A DNA stretch of 64,000 bases. Origin: Vicugna vicugna (lineage: Eukaryota). Below, in pieces: positions 26,196-38,650 of the stretch (the stretch's first letter is position 1; every line of letters starts with the position of its first letter). The stretch spans positions 4,722,404 through 4,786,403 of the forward strand of contig MU058718.1 of the NCBI GenBank assembly GCA_013265495.1, written 5' to 3'. The position numbers and the translations under genes are program-made. The notes beneath the pieces were generated by a model. That model had not been told where the DNA came from. It was given only the letters and a program-made list of their open reading frames with translations, and did no database searches.

Positions 26196-28813
26196 GAATT
26201 TCTTTTGAGCTTTGTGATGGTCTGTATAGCGTCTTTCCCTGCCCTTCTTCTGAAAGGCATTTGTAGATGTGACACTCGTGACTGCTGGTGAAGATCTTTG
26301 TCATATAATCAAAGCACTACCCCGAAGACTTTTTTCTTCATTGAGTCATATGTTCTAATTACTTAAGAAAATTGTCCGAGCAGGGGACATGATGTTATAC
26401 TTGATTAAAAGCTATGAATGTTTGTTTATAACAGGGAGAGTTTCCTGCCTTTACTAGTTTTGTGTTCTTAGGCCATTTCAAGCTTTTATTCATAAATAAA
26501 ATATTTCCGTGGGGACTAACCTTCATTCCTATCTCTGTAGTCAATATGGAAATAGTTCTGGAGTCCTTTGTTCTTAGAACCCACTCATCATCACACAACT
26601 GCTTGTTGTAAAGAAAGGTCGTAAAGAAAACGACCCTATTAGGGCTCCTGGAAGACATTTTTGACGCCATGTTTGATGTAGACCACAAGCAGTGAAGAAC
26701 ACACCCCAGTTATAACCTGCCCGTGCCTGTGGGTGGCTGTCCACGCTACCGCTGGCCCACCTCCACCCGGTTGCTGGAAGGTTATACGTTTTTCACAGCT
26801 TGGAAGGCATTTTTGCTCTTCTCTTCTGAGCAGATGTCTCTTCTGTCCAGATACCTATTTCAGTCCAGCAACTAAACAGTTGCACGAGCTCTTGAACCTG
26901 GTCTTTTGGTGCTTCTGAACCAGCAGGTGCCATGATCATAGACGTGTAATTGTCGAATGAGATAAAAATGCTAGCGAGTATAAGTCTGGTAGTCCTGGAT
27001 TCGTATCTCTTCTTCCCATTTGTCATCAAAGGACTTGAGTGCTTGGGGGAGAAAAGGCTGAAAGATGTTCACGTCTCATGTCCTGATCCTCTCGGTGATG
27101 TTTGGATCAAAGATTAAGAGCAATTCGTAAGACTTTGACTTTTCCTTATTATCCTTTTTAAGAGCAAAAATGACATAATAAGAAATATATGCCTGCGAAG
27201 AATATGGCATTTGCTGAAAGAAACTGTTGGTGTTAAAGTCAAACACACTGTCTTTCCCCATTCAGACTAGGGCACATCCCTCTCACTTTGGCTCACACTT
27301 TCCCTCCTCGGATGTGACAATGTCCCCTTGCTATGGGGGGGGGGTCACATTTCTCTGTTTCTGAATGAAAAAAGCTTCTGTTAAAATTCTAATAACTCCT
27401 ACACTTCTAAGAAGCTCTAGGCTCCTTAAGGGTGAACATGTTTATAAGTTCATTTTATTTGCTTCTCTGTGAAGTGGAAACAGGAAAAAACTGAAAATAA
27501 CCGTAGAGAAAAATTAATGAAGTTCTGTAATGTGTGAGCTGTTTAAAGCCATGAACATAATTTTACCTTTGAGAGAATATTTTCTTCTCTGATGTCATTC
27601 CTGCTATTCCACATACCTGAGTTCCCCTCTCCCATCAGACAGAATTGGGTTCTCTGTCCCTGACCCTCCTTCATGCCAGCAACTCTTCAGTGGAGCTTGG
27701 TATCCATGATATGTCCAGTACCGTAACTGTATGTCCTATTGAGTCATAAACCTATTGAGGGAATTTTGTGCGTCTCTGAATTTCCTCAAACAATCAGAAA
27801 GCATGCTTTATACACTGCAAGTGCACAATACATGCTGAATAAACTAATGGAAGTGTTTCTCCTTGTCTGTTTGAGTGTTTTGAAACAACTCTTTCCTTCA
27901 GTAGTAAGGTGCATACCTATTCAAAAAACATTTACTATATTATGTGCCAGATACTGTCATATGTGCTGGGGATACAGCAGAGAATAAAACACAGAAATCA
28001 TTCCTGTGGCTAAATAAAAGAAGGACACACACACACAGACACACACACACACATATATGCAGTTTGAAATAGGAGTTAAGGAGAAGAAAAAGTCAGGGGA
28101 GCAAACTTCCATTTTCTGTGATCTAAATCAGATGTTTTTGCAAAACTAATTTGAAGATGATGCATTTTAATGTTTTTAACAAAGGTGTTCAAAACTCACT
28201 GAAACTCTCCATTTGGAAGATTTAAAAACAGCCTTCAGAGAGGCGAGTGCTTACAGTGGTAGACTTCCAGTATTTTCTTTAACAAAATCACATAATGATG
28301 GAAGGGTTTTCAAACATTCATTTTCACAACGCTCTTTCCAGGCGTGAACTTCTTTTGAAAAGTAGTTGCTTTCTTGCTTATTGTTAAAAACATCTCATTG
28401 ACCTTGAAGGGACAGATTATGTATGTAGCTGACAAAGAGCTGGTAGGGAGGCAGAAGTGTCAGTTTTGCCACTGTTGTCTCCTGTTTTTATTTGCATTAT
28501 GAGTATGTTGGTTTCTTTGCAGAAATATCTTAAAGCCACCAGAGTGTTTGGCGAGGATCAGTTTGATTAAACTAGATAATATGACTTGTGAGTCCACTTA
28601 GTTGGACACATGTAAAGTGCAATAGAGAGCAACATGCTGAAAAGCAAAGAACAAGCAAGGGCGAGGCTGTCTGCTCCTCTACCACCCCTTTCGGATGCAT
28701 CTTTTAGAGAGGTGACATCTGATGACCTGGCAGCCGGACGTCTGTGTGGAGTGGGGGTGCCGGAGCTGATCTATAGATTAGATGTTAGCAGACCTTGATT
28801 TCTTTCTCTTTTT

Positions 28814-29050
28814 TTTTTTAACGTTTTTTTATTGATTTATAATCATTTTACAATGTGTCAAATTCCAGTGTTCAGCACAATTTTTCAGTCATTCATGGAC
28901 ATATACACACTCATTGTCACATTTTTTTCTCTGTGATTTATCATAACATTTTGTGTATATTTCCCTGTGCTATACAGTGTAATCTTGTTTATCTATTCTA
29001 CAATTTTGAAATCCCAGTCTATCCCTTCCCACCCTCTACCCCCCTGGTAA
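28814..29050 (-). mobile_element. Very young 5'-truncated L1 3' end with perfect 17-bp TSD
   Basis: Poly(T) then L1 3'UTR antisense; GATTTCTTTCTCTTTTT at 28797-28813 and 29051-29067. Confidence 0.9.
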
Positions 29051-31370
29051 GATTTCTTTCTCTTTTTAAGGATTATTATTAAGAAATAATAGAAGTCCTA
29101 ATATTTTTTCAGGACCCCAGCTGATCACCTTGCCCTCTTCAGGGGTTTGAGCTTCCCATGTGGGAGAATCTGTCCTTGGTGCTGACATTTGCAAGTGGGG
29201 AGCTGGAAAGCCCCGAGGAGCCATGAAGCATTAAAAAGTTTTGCTGCTCCGTTGTTTGTAAGATCCCATCAACAGAAGAGCAACCAAAAAAAACAATGAT
29301 TTGGGAGACATAGATAATTAATTACATCACAGTAGTAATTGAGAGCAAAGTTAATTAAACCTTCTTTGGCTGGTCATTGTTTACCTTCAAATGCAAATGA
29401 GTGTCTACAGCTGTCCAAAAAGTACTGTGTAAGTTACGCTTTCTGATAGCTTAGGCACCATGGGGACGGCTTCCAGTAAGGATTCTTCCATTTATAAATT
29501 TCATTTTCCAGCTAGTTTCTGTCTTGTCTCTCCTTTCACATTCCCCCAATGTGCCATTGCTGGGGAGAGGGTAGACTCGTTTATTCCTCCCTTGCTTTTG
29601 GTATCAAGTCATCAGTGTCATCTCAGGCAGGAAAATGGTTCGAGCCCAAAGTATCACTCATCTTAAATTAATGAATATTTCTAGTGACATACAATTCTGT
29701 GATGCTTTGTTTTTCGTTTTCTTTTTTTTTTCAGGTTTTTTTTTTTTAATGGCTCTGGGAAAACAAAGAAAGCTCTTCTTGTTTGTTTGCTAGCTTAATG
29801 GTGTGAAGGTACCTCTCAGAGTTAAAAATTCTCAGGGCTGCTGAAGAGTAAAAAATTTTCTTAACCTTTTCTTTTTTCCCTTTCCTGAAAAGTATCTTGG
29901 GAGAAGAGTGAACTGTTAAGAGGAAGAGGAATTGCAGATGGTGTGTAGTCTCAGTGTTGATGAGTGTTGCCACAGCTGAATAATGTTGGCAGTCCAGGGA
30001 CGTGAAATGGCAGTAGAAAGAAAAATATTTAGTTTTATAAACATGAAGAGGTGTGTGGGCGGAAAATGTCCCTGGAAGTTTCCCTCCCTCCCTCCTTCCT
30101 TCCTTTCTTCTTTCCTCCCTCACCTCCTCCTTTCCTTCCCTATTTTCTTTCTATAGAGCATAGGAACATTTACAGCAAATTCTGTTGTGCTGGGAGGAGA
30201 AAGAAATCATTTATTCCAGATATGAGGAGTTTAAAGGTACCCAAGAACCCCAGAGATTTCAGAGCCTGAGTGAGGTGAGAAGGGTGAGCCCATGACAGGG
30301 CAGCCTCGTGTGGGGGGTCGGAGCCAGAGAAGGTTTTAGCTGGGCATCCGTACCGGTGGCAGACTAGTGGCCTGATGTGGGTGTCAGAGGTTGGGGTGCC
30401 CATAAATGCTGCATGTGGACAGTCAGGACAGGGTCTCAGAGCCCAAGCAGGCTAAGGAAAGTATTTACATGGGCAGAGTGTGACAGCCTTTTGTAAAACT
30501 CGATTTTCTCCCTTTATGCCCTGTAAGGGACAGGAAACATTTTTTCCACCTCTTGAAGCCAAGGGAAGCATTGCTAAATCAATGAAGGGTTGACCTGCTG
30601 CACCTTCACTTTCGACTGTCACAAAAAGAGATGTGAAAGATTAGGAGGAAAGCCCTGGACCCATAAAGCATATTCTGGGGGAAGAAATAGGAAACTGATA
30701 TTTCAAAACGTTTGGATAAAAACATAAGCAGAAACCTACTGGTCAGGACTCCCAGTAATTTTATGTTTGTGCTTACAAAGCATGAACAAAAATAGAAAAT
30801 CTCTTACCTTGAACATCACCTTCAGAATGGGAAACAAGAAGCTGCCGTTTTTTTCCCCTCCTTGGCATGACTTTGGCATGACAGAAAGAAAAGGTTTCAG
30901 AATCAAATTTTGGATTTATACTTTATGAAGGGCATCGTCAGGCTGTGGGGAGGAAAGACATTCTGGCCTGTGAAACTGAGTAGATCTCATATAGAAGGTG
31001 TTGGGTCCTTCTTCAGAAGCCGGTATGTGATCCTCCCTGCCTGACTTACGAGCGGAGACGGTGCAGTCAGAGAGGGCATGGGGTCTGTTATGCCCTCACC
31101 ATAATTTCTCTGGGTGCCTCCAGGGGGTCAACCTCTTTCCATACTGTGGCTTCATTTGTACATCTCTTCTTTAAAGAAGCATCTATTTTGAACTGAAACA
31201 CAGCAATTTTTTATTCCTTCATATTCTCTCACTGTGATAGGAAACATTTTGCAATCTCTGCACTCCTTTGGCCATTTAATTGATGGTTATCCTTGAGACT
31301 TATTTTTCTGATGCAGAATTTACCTTTTATTTATTTATTTGTTTTTAAAAAATAGGTGGGATGTTAGAAC

Positions 31371-31575
31371 GAGTGTTGTGTTGGTAAATGTTTAATAACC
31401 AGCTTTCAAAATAACTAAGTAGATAACAGCCCTGATTTCCAACACTTAACAATGTCTGTGGTGTAAATACTTCCACTAATGGTTGATTTCAAGCTACCAG
31501 TGTGATACAAGAAGCTCACAAAATTCAATAATCAACCATTGCAAGCAAGTACAAGCCTGCTCCAGCACAGCCCTG
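31371..31575. mobile_element. MER63-like hAT-Blackjack element
   Basis: Termini AGTGTTGTGTTGGTAAATGTTTAATAACC ... GCTCCAGCACAGCCCTG; internal GATTTCAAGCTACCA. Confidence 0.75.
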
Positions 31576-31619
31576 CAACCCTTACCCAGAAATGATTCCT
31601 ATATAACTGAGCTAATTCC

Positions 31620-32077
31620 TTTTTCTTTTTTTATTGAAGTATAATCAGTTTACAATGTTGTGTCAATTTCTGGTGTACAGCATAATGTTTCAGTCATATA
31701 TGTACATACATATATTCCTTTTCATATTCTTTTTCATTACAGGTCACTACAAGATACTGAATAGAGTTCCCTGTGCTCTACAGTGGGACCTTGCTGTTTA
31801 TCTATTTTTTATATAGTGATTAGTATCTGCAAATCTTGAACTCCCAATTTATTCCTTTCCACCCCCTTTGTCCCCAGTAACCATAAGTTTGTTTTCTATG
31901 CCTATGAGTCCCTTTCTGTTCATTTGTATCATTGTTTAAGATTCCACATATAAGGGATATCATATGGTATTTGTCTTTCTCTTTCTGTCTTACTTCACTT
32001 AGCATGACAATCTCCAAGTCCATCCATGTTGCTGCAAATGGCATTATTGTATTCTTTCTTTTGCCTGAGTAGTATTC

Positions 32078-32121
<44 letters not shown>

Positions 32122-32277
32122 AGGTTGCTTCCATGTCTTGGCTATTGTAAATAGTGCTGCTATAAACATTGGGGTGCATCTATCTTTTTGAATTAGTGTT
32201 TTCTCTGAATATATGCCCAGGAGTGGGATTGCTGGATCACATGGTAAGTCTATGTCTAGTTTTTCAAAGGAGTTGAT
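31620..32277 (-). mobile_element. L1 3' end (ORF2 C-terminus plus 3'UTR)
   Basis: ORF-track peptide MPFAATWMDLEIVMLSEV is typical of the L1 ORF2 end; TSD ACTGAGCTAAT (31606-31616 / 32278-32288). Confidence 0.9.
32080..32119. repeat. (GT)20 microsatellite
   Basis: Perfect dinucleotide run. Confidence 0.95.
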
Positions 32278-33506
32278 ACTGAGCTAATATCACTTTTTTT
32301 CCTTTTATCCATTTCTCAGTAAGAAATAAAAGAAGAAAAAGAATTTGAATATTATTAAATATATTTAAACCTGATGTGATTATGAGTTACTTCCCCTCCC
32401 CCCTTTCTGGAGTTAAATGAAAACAGAGAAAAAGAGCTGTTTAGATAAGACTTTTGGATTAGATTTTAAAATAAAATGAGTGCTAAATGAGTCTATACAT
32501 GTATTTTCTGGAGAACTGTAAAAATACATTTAAACCTATCCCAGATCGACCATATCAAGTCTTGCAGGTGGCTGAGAATTTTCTAGAATGAAAGCTGAAA
32601 CTTTCATCCAAGTCTTTTTTGATGTTTGATTTTATCAAGAGAGAGGTCTGTATGTTATTTTCTTATAGTTTTGAGATTACATCAGTCCACCATATGAGCT
32701 ATTTTTATTTTTTGCTTTTCTTAAGTAAGGGTTCACAAGAGAGGGTTAGTCATAGTATAATGAGCACAAATTCCAAAATGGAAGCAAATTACTAGTCAAC
32801 TGGCTTCCTTCAGCTCAGATGTATCCTGGGCTTTATTATGGTCATTGACCTTGGATATTCTAGGAGCTTGAAGTGAATTTTGAATCAGCTCATCTGCCCT
32901 GATTTTTAAATTCTAGAAATAGAACATTTCCTGATGTGATACACAAAGATATAGATTTTAAAAATGACATCTTTGTTTTCCTAGCATTACATTTTTATTT
33001 TGAGCAGATATGGATCTTCTTTTCCTCAAAAGGCTAAAGTTCAAAGTTAAAATCTACAAATCTACAAAATCTACAAGTTTATTCTCCTTTTTAGTCTACA
33101 CCTTCATTTTCTTTCTCTGTCCCTTGGCTCCCTCCTTTTTCTCCCTTGGCTGTTTAGTGCTAGCAGACTGTGAACACTGAATGTAAGCTTCTCTTCTTTT
33201 CACCTTTGATGCACAACATTTGAAACTGCTTGGCATATAGTAGGCTTTTAATAAATTTCATTGAAATCCATTTTTAATTTTTTCAGATAATTTCTTTGCT
33301 CATTAGTCAATATCCCCTGGTTCTTAGATATTTTCCTTTGGATAGGAAATGAGATGCTGAATAAAGAACATATATGGAGAAGATGAGAAATAGTGGATTT
33401 TGATTTGAGATGGTTCATCACTGGCAAGTGAAGGAAGAGTTGTTTAAGAAAAGCCTTCTTTTTAATAGGGCTGAACCTTAATTATTGAAAAAATTGAGTT
33501 CAGCAT

Positions 33507-33619
33507 TAGGCTGATCAACTGTCCTGGTTTGATTGGGACTGAAGGGGTTCTGGGATGTGGTACTTTCAGTGCTAAAGCTAAGAAAGTCATGGGCAAACTT
33601 GGATGAGCTGGTCATCCTA
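33507..33619. mobile_element. MER81 hAT-Blackjack MITE
   Basis: TIRs TAGGCTGATCAACT ... AGCTGGTCATCCTA; internal ACTTTCAGTGCTAAA. Confidence 0.8.
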
Positions 33620-33655
33620 AGACTGAATGCATATATAGGATGGGAAGGTACTCTA

Positions 33656-33818
33656 CAGTCGTGGTTCTCAACTGTGAGTATGCTTTGGAATCAACTAGGG
33701 AGACCTGAAAAGCACAAAACTACCTCAGGATTCTGACATTGCTAGGATGTTGCCTGGGCATCTGGGTTTTAAGAGCTCCCCAGATGATCCTAATGTGCAG
33801 CCGGGGTGGAGACCTGCT
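33656..33818. mobile_element. MER5A-like hAT element
   Basis: GTGGTTCTCAAC...GAATCA...GCTCCCCAGATGATCCTAATGTGCAGCC. Confidence 0.75.
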
Positions 33819-36267
33819 TATGTCAGGAAATGCTTGATGTGGGACAAAGTTGTTCTTACGGCTCTGGCAGTGTACAGATCATCTGGACTTGCTGAGCTAG
33901 GCCTGATGGCAAACTTTGATTTGGGTTTGAAGATTGGTGAGAATGGTGACTTGGACTATGTTAAAGCTTACTTTGATTTTTGCTGCTCTTTACTACTGAA
34001 GTAAAAAACAAGCAACCAAAAGCTATACAGTCAATCAGGAAATAGGAGAGTGGATATAGTTCATCAAACTCCTCACATGCTCCTCTTGGGAGGCATCTTG
34101 ACATGGACCACATGGTTCTGGTGGCCTAGGAAACTCTCCTCATCAAGAGCTCAGAGCTGTGGGTTAGCCACCTGGGTCCCCTAAGGGTGGATAAATAGTC
34201 ACCTCAACACTAAAACTCCACCTAGCATATAAGGATATTACTGCTAACCCTTAGTAACAAATTTTTGCATTTTTTAATTACTGAATCATTGACTTTAAAA
34301 AGTTTGGCCATAGCCAGAGAACAGCAGATAAATATAGCTGTGGATTCTACTTGTACATTTTTCTTACGGTGCACACCAACGTCATTAACCTGACGAGGAC
34401 TGTTGAAGATGGGTTGTTAGAGAGGGAGTTTCTGTTTTACATCTTCAGAAACGGAAGCATATCCAGGGGAAATTTACCAAACCTAGCCAAGGAAGATGAG
34501 GTTAGAATCTGCTTTCCTTGATGCTCTGGGAAATTTACCCAGCACTTCATAAAAGCTTTAGCCACTCTGTACTGCATTTGTAAAGGGGCCAATCTCTTCC
34601 TAATGAGAGATGGATGGAGATAACAAACTCATTATCCATAGGTTACCGGAGAGTCATTATGTGGAAATGACTTTCACTCACTTTTGATCTGGGTGGTATG
34701 GGGATACATAAATCTAGCAATAAAAGGCCTTGGCTCTTGTGGCTAAGCCCTGAGGTGTTTAGTCCCCTAACAGTTTGCCCTTTTAAATTACATTAGAATT
34801 CTCCCGTTATCATTTAGGCAGCAGCATTGCTTTCTGGTCAAGCTTTGTGAGTTTTTCTAGAGGTGTGGGCATAGAAGCCTGTCCAGACTCGGTCCTCTTT
34901 CAATTTACTGAAGACGAATTGAACAGCTGAAAGTTGAAAAGGAGTCATGGTGCTTTGCAGCACTCTGAATTGTACCAATTTGGGGGTGTCTTCAGGACAA
35001 GTGGCAGAAGGAAGGGGCATGCTTGTCTCTGTGCAGCCTGCCTTCTCTCCAGTGGCCCACCTTCCACCCAATGTGGTTTTTCTGCTTTGACGTCAGTGAA
35101 TGGGGCTGTTACTCACACGGCCCTGTGGATGCTGTTTTACTGTAACACAATTATCTTGGCTTCAATACATGATTAAAATTTGGACTTGAAGGCTGCTTAT
35201 GCTTTGTTGAAATTTTATGTCCTTTTAAGGACCTAGACTTTTTAGTCTGGCATCTTTTTTTTTTTTAATTCACATTGGAAACAGATTTCCCTCATTGTAG
35301 GATTTAACTGAAAATCAACCAGCTATTCCTGAACTTTGACCTCTCCAGGGCTGGCCACCTTTCCCTAGAATCTGTCCAGCAGCAGCAGCAACAGCTGGGT
35401 TGTTCCATAGTAAAGCTTCTTAGTAGAGGCCCAGGCTGTCTCCTTCTGTATAGCATTTGCTTTTGCACGATGCAGCGGGGGTTCTGCCTCTGATGTGGAG
35501 GATGAACTGTCAGAAAATTCCTAGAAAATGATCTGATTGGCTTTAATTCCTCCAGAGAAGGGTGCAGGGTCGTTTGCTCTATTAAAAGCATCAACCCTTC
35601 CAAAAAAGATGTGGAAGGAGAGAATTTGCTTTAGGAATCTTCAAAAGTGATGGAGGAAAGTGTGTCTCAGACAGGAAAGAAATCTCTTACATAGTGCGTG
35701 TGACCTAGGTTCAAACTGAGAAATGATTATAAATTGTGTCAGTCTTCAAGCTATTAAAATCCTGCTCTCCTCAGCAGGTGAGTTTTCAGGAGTTCCTCTT
35801 TAGATAGGGTCACAGAGAGCACCCACCATCCCAGTAATGAACTCTGCCTTTCTGATGAGACAGCGAGCGGCAGGCGGTGGGCTCCGTGACTTCTACATCC
35901 GCCATGCGGCAGGAAGGATGTTTTCTCACACGATGAGCGTGTTTATTCTACTGTCACAACAGGAATGTCAAAACCTAAAGGGCCAGCCAATAGGCTGGAA
36001 AACAGATTTCCAAGTGTAAATGCTTATTATGAAATGTAGTCTCCAGGAAGGATTGACTTCTTTGAGAGACTCCTCTGGGTTTAGGACGAAAACCATATGA
36101 ACAAGTCCCGGTGCCTGGAAGGAAAACTAGAATGTGATAAGTGGTGGAAATTTGGAAACTAGTTAAAAGGACCTTGGCTTTGCCCGTCATGTCACACAGC
36201 CCTGGAGTGTTAGGCAGATTAGAAATGGAGAAATATGTGATTAGTGATTTAGAGCATTTGATAAGAC

Positions 36268-36372
36268 TTTTAAAAAAAATTGAAATATAGCCAGTTTAAA
36301 ATGTTAACTTCATGGTGTACAGCATAATATTTCAATCATACGTATACAGACATATTTTCATTTTCATATTCT
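36268..36372 (-). mobile_element. Short L1 3' end fragment
   Basis: ATTGAAATATAGCCAGTTT...GGTGTACAGCATAATATTTCAATCATAC. Confidence 0.75.
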
Positions 36373-36394
36373 GGTAAGGCTTGTTTAAACTGAG

Positions 36395-36870
36395 ATTCTT
36401 TATTGAGCACTTATTATTTGTAAGCACTTATTATTTGTAAAAAATATTGTAATATTTACATTTGATTTTTGCTATTGAGAAACTTACAGATCAGTAGGAC
36501 AGATGAATTATAGCTTCACATAAGCAGAGTTAAATTTGGTTTGTGCAAAGCACCGTGGGGTGGGTATAGTGCTGTGGCCGTGTGGTGGAGAGACAACTCA
36601 TTTCTGTCTGTGTTGATCTGGCAATTTCATCAAAGAGATGGCATTTGAACTGGGCCTGGAAGGATGAGCAGGCTAGGTGGAGATGGTAGGAAGCTAGTCC
36701 AGAGAAAGGAGACAGCATCGGGGAAGTACAGGATGAGAAAGAGTGAGAGGCATGTTTGGGAAATGGCTAGTGGCTGATGAATGAGACTGTAATGTTTGTA
36801 GGAGGGGCGTGTGGAAGACAAGATGGGCCAGACTATAGGAAACGTTGACTTCAGCATGTAAGAATTTCTC
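36395..36870 (-). mobile_element. L2 fragment
   Basis: TTTATTGAGCACTTA start; GGCATTTGAACTGGGCCTGGAAGGATGAG. Confidence 0.65.
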
Positions 36871-36933
36871 CTTGATTCGGTTGTCATCACCCTGGTTTCT
36901 AGCCCATGTGGATCATGACAAAAATAACCCCTT

Positions 36934-37377
36934 ATTTATTTATGTATGTATGTATGTATGTATGTATATATGTATGTATGTTTTTTTTTTAATTGAAGTA
37001 TAGTTAATTTACAATGTTGAGTTAGTTTCAGGTGTACAGTAAAGCAGTTCAGTTACACATGTACATATGTGTGTATTCTTTCTCTGATTCTTTTCCATTA
37101 CAAATTATTACAAGATACTGAATACAGTTCCCTGTGCTGTATAGTGGGTCCTTGTTTACCTATTTTATAATAGGTAAACCTATTATAGGCACACCTATAA
37201 TAGTGTGCATATGTTAATCCCAAACTCCTGATTTATCCCTCCCCCCCCAGCCCTTTTCCCTTTTGTAGTCGTAAGTTTGTTTTCTACATCTGTGAGCCCA
37301 TTTCTGGCTTGTAAATAAGTTCATTTGTATCTTTTTTGCTTTTTTGTTTAGATTCCACATATACGTAATATACAATA
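36934..37377 (-). mobile_element. L1 3' end with (TATG)n tail-derived repeat
   Basis: TTGAAGTATAGTTAATTTACAATGTT...AGATTCCACATAT; imperfect TSD AAAAATAACCCCTT / AAAAATGGCCCTTT. Confidence 0.85.
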
Positions 37378-38231
37378 AAAAATGGCCCTTTAAGAGGCCA
37401 GCCTTGCCTTGCTCTATGTGCTGAGTCTGACTTGGTTGTGAGGAGAGTCAAAAGTAGTTTGTAAAGAAGATTAAAGTACTAACTAGTCTAAAAAAGTACA
37501 GTAGGTTTGAGGAAGCATTGAACTCTGACACTATGCCCTTTTTATTCACAGCATTTTGAATGCCTTCCGGAGGGGAGGGTGGAAGTGTTTCAAAATCTTG
37601 GATGAGCCCAGTGACTCTCGCTGTGCTGAGAGAACAAGGGAGCTGAGCATTGCCTTAAGAAATGCCTTCTCGAAAGATCTGAGAGATTGATTTCAGAGCA
37701 TCCCAGCTGACCTTGAGATTTAGACAAATGATCTGTTGTTTAAAATCTGGGATAATCAATAAGGAAGCAGAATATGGGCCCCCTAATCTCCAAATCATCA
37801 AATGAAATGAAATTTTAAAAATGTTTCCTATAATAGTATATCCTTTTTTTTTTTTAAACTGATTGTTTAACTGTGGTTCTAAAACTGAGCCAGCAGAAGT
37901 GGGAGAAGCCCACTGGTTTTTCTGTGTTAGGAAGGGTATTAGTGACAGAATCTTCTCATGTGAGGAGGGAACTGTACCAGAGGTGACCACAACCTCATTC
38001 TTTTCTGGAAGGTCTGAAATGAGAGTGTCATGGGCTGACTGCTTTATTCACCCATCTGCCAGATAATAATCACTGGGGTGATTTCAGTGTTTCTCCAACT
38101 CCTTCAGAGTATGTTGATGTGTTAACTTGCTTGGTTACTGCATGTCTGCGAGTTTTCATGCTGATTCTTTTTGCTGAGGCATTCAGTGCTAGCACACACC
38201 TCCTCTTCATGGTATTTAATGCACATTTAAA

Positions 38232-38356
38232 TTTTTCTGGTGATGGGGAGGTAATTAGGTTTATTCATTTATTGTTTTAGTGGAGGTACTGGGGATTGAA
38301 CCCAGGACCTTGTGCATGCTAAGCACATGCTCTGCCACTGAGCCATACCCTCCCAC
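38232..38356 (-). mobile_element. tRNA-derived SINE (Vic-1 type) with perfect 14-bp TSD
   Basis: GGGGATTGAACCCAGGACC...CCACTGAGCCATACCCTCCC; AATGCACATTTAAA at 38218-38231 and 38357-38370. Confidence 0.92.
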
Positions 38357-38419
38357 AATGCACATTTAAAGGACATTTTAACCAAAGGATCAGAAGGATC
38401 AGAGGCCTCTTGTGGGAAG

Positions 38420-38650
38420 AAATGAACATTTATTAACTATCACTATCAAATGCCAGATAGCTGACCCAGCACTTTCCATCCTATGCATTATCCCACTTAA
38501 TTCCCACCACAAAACTGTAAGGATATTAGACCCTTTTTTTGAATGAAGAAACTAAGGAACGTCCACCCTGTGGAAGTGATTTGCCAGCAGTGAGCAAGGA
38601 CACCAGGATTTAAATCCAGGCATTTCTGAGACTTAGCTCCTTTTTTCCAC
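38420..38650 (-). mobile_element. MIR SINE
   Basis: AACATTTATT...GAATGAAGAAACTAAGG...CCAGGATTTAAATCCAGG. Confidence 0.65.
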
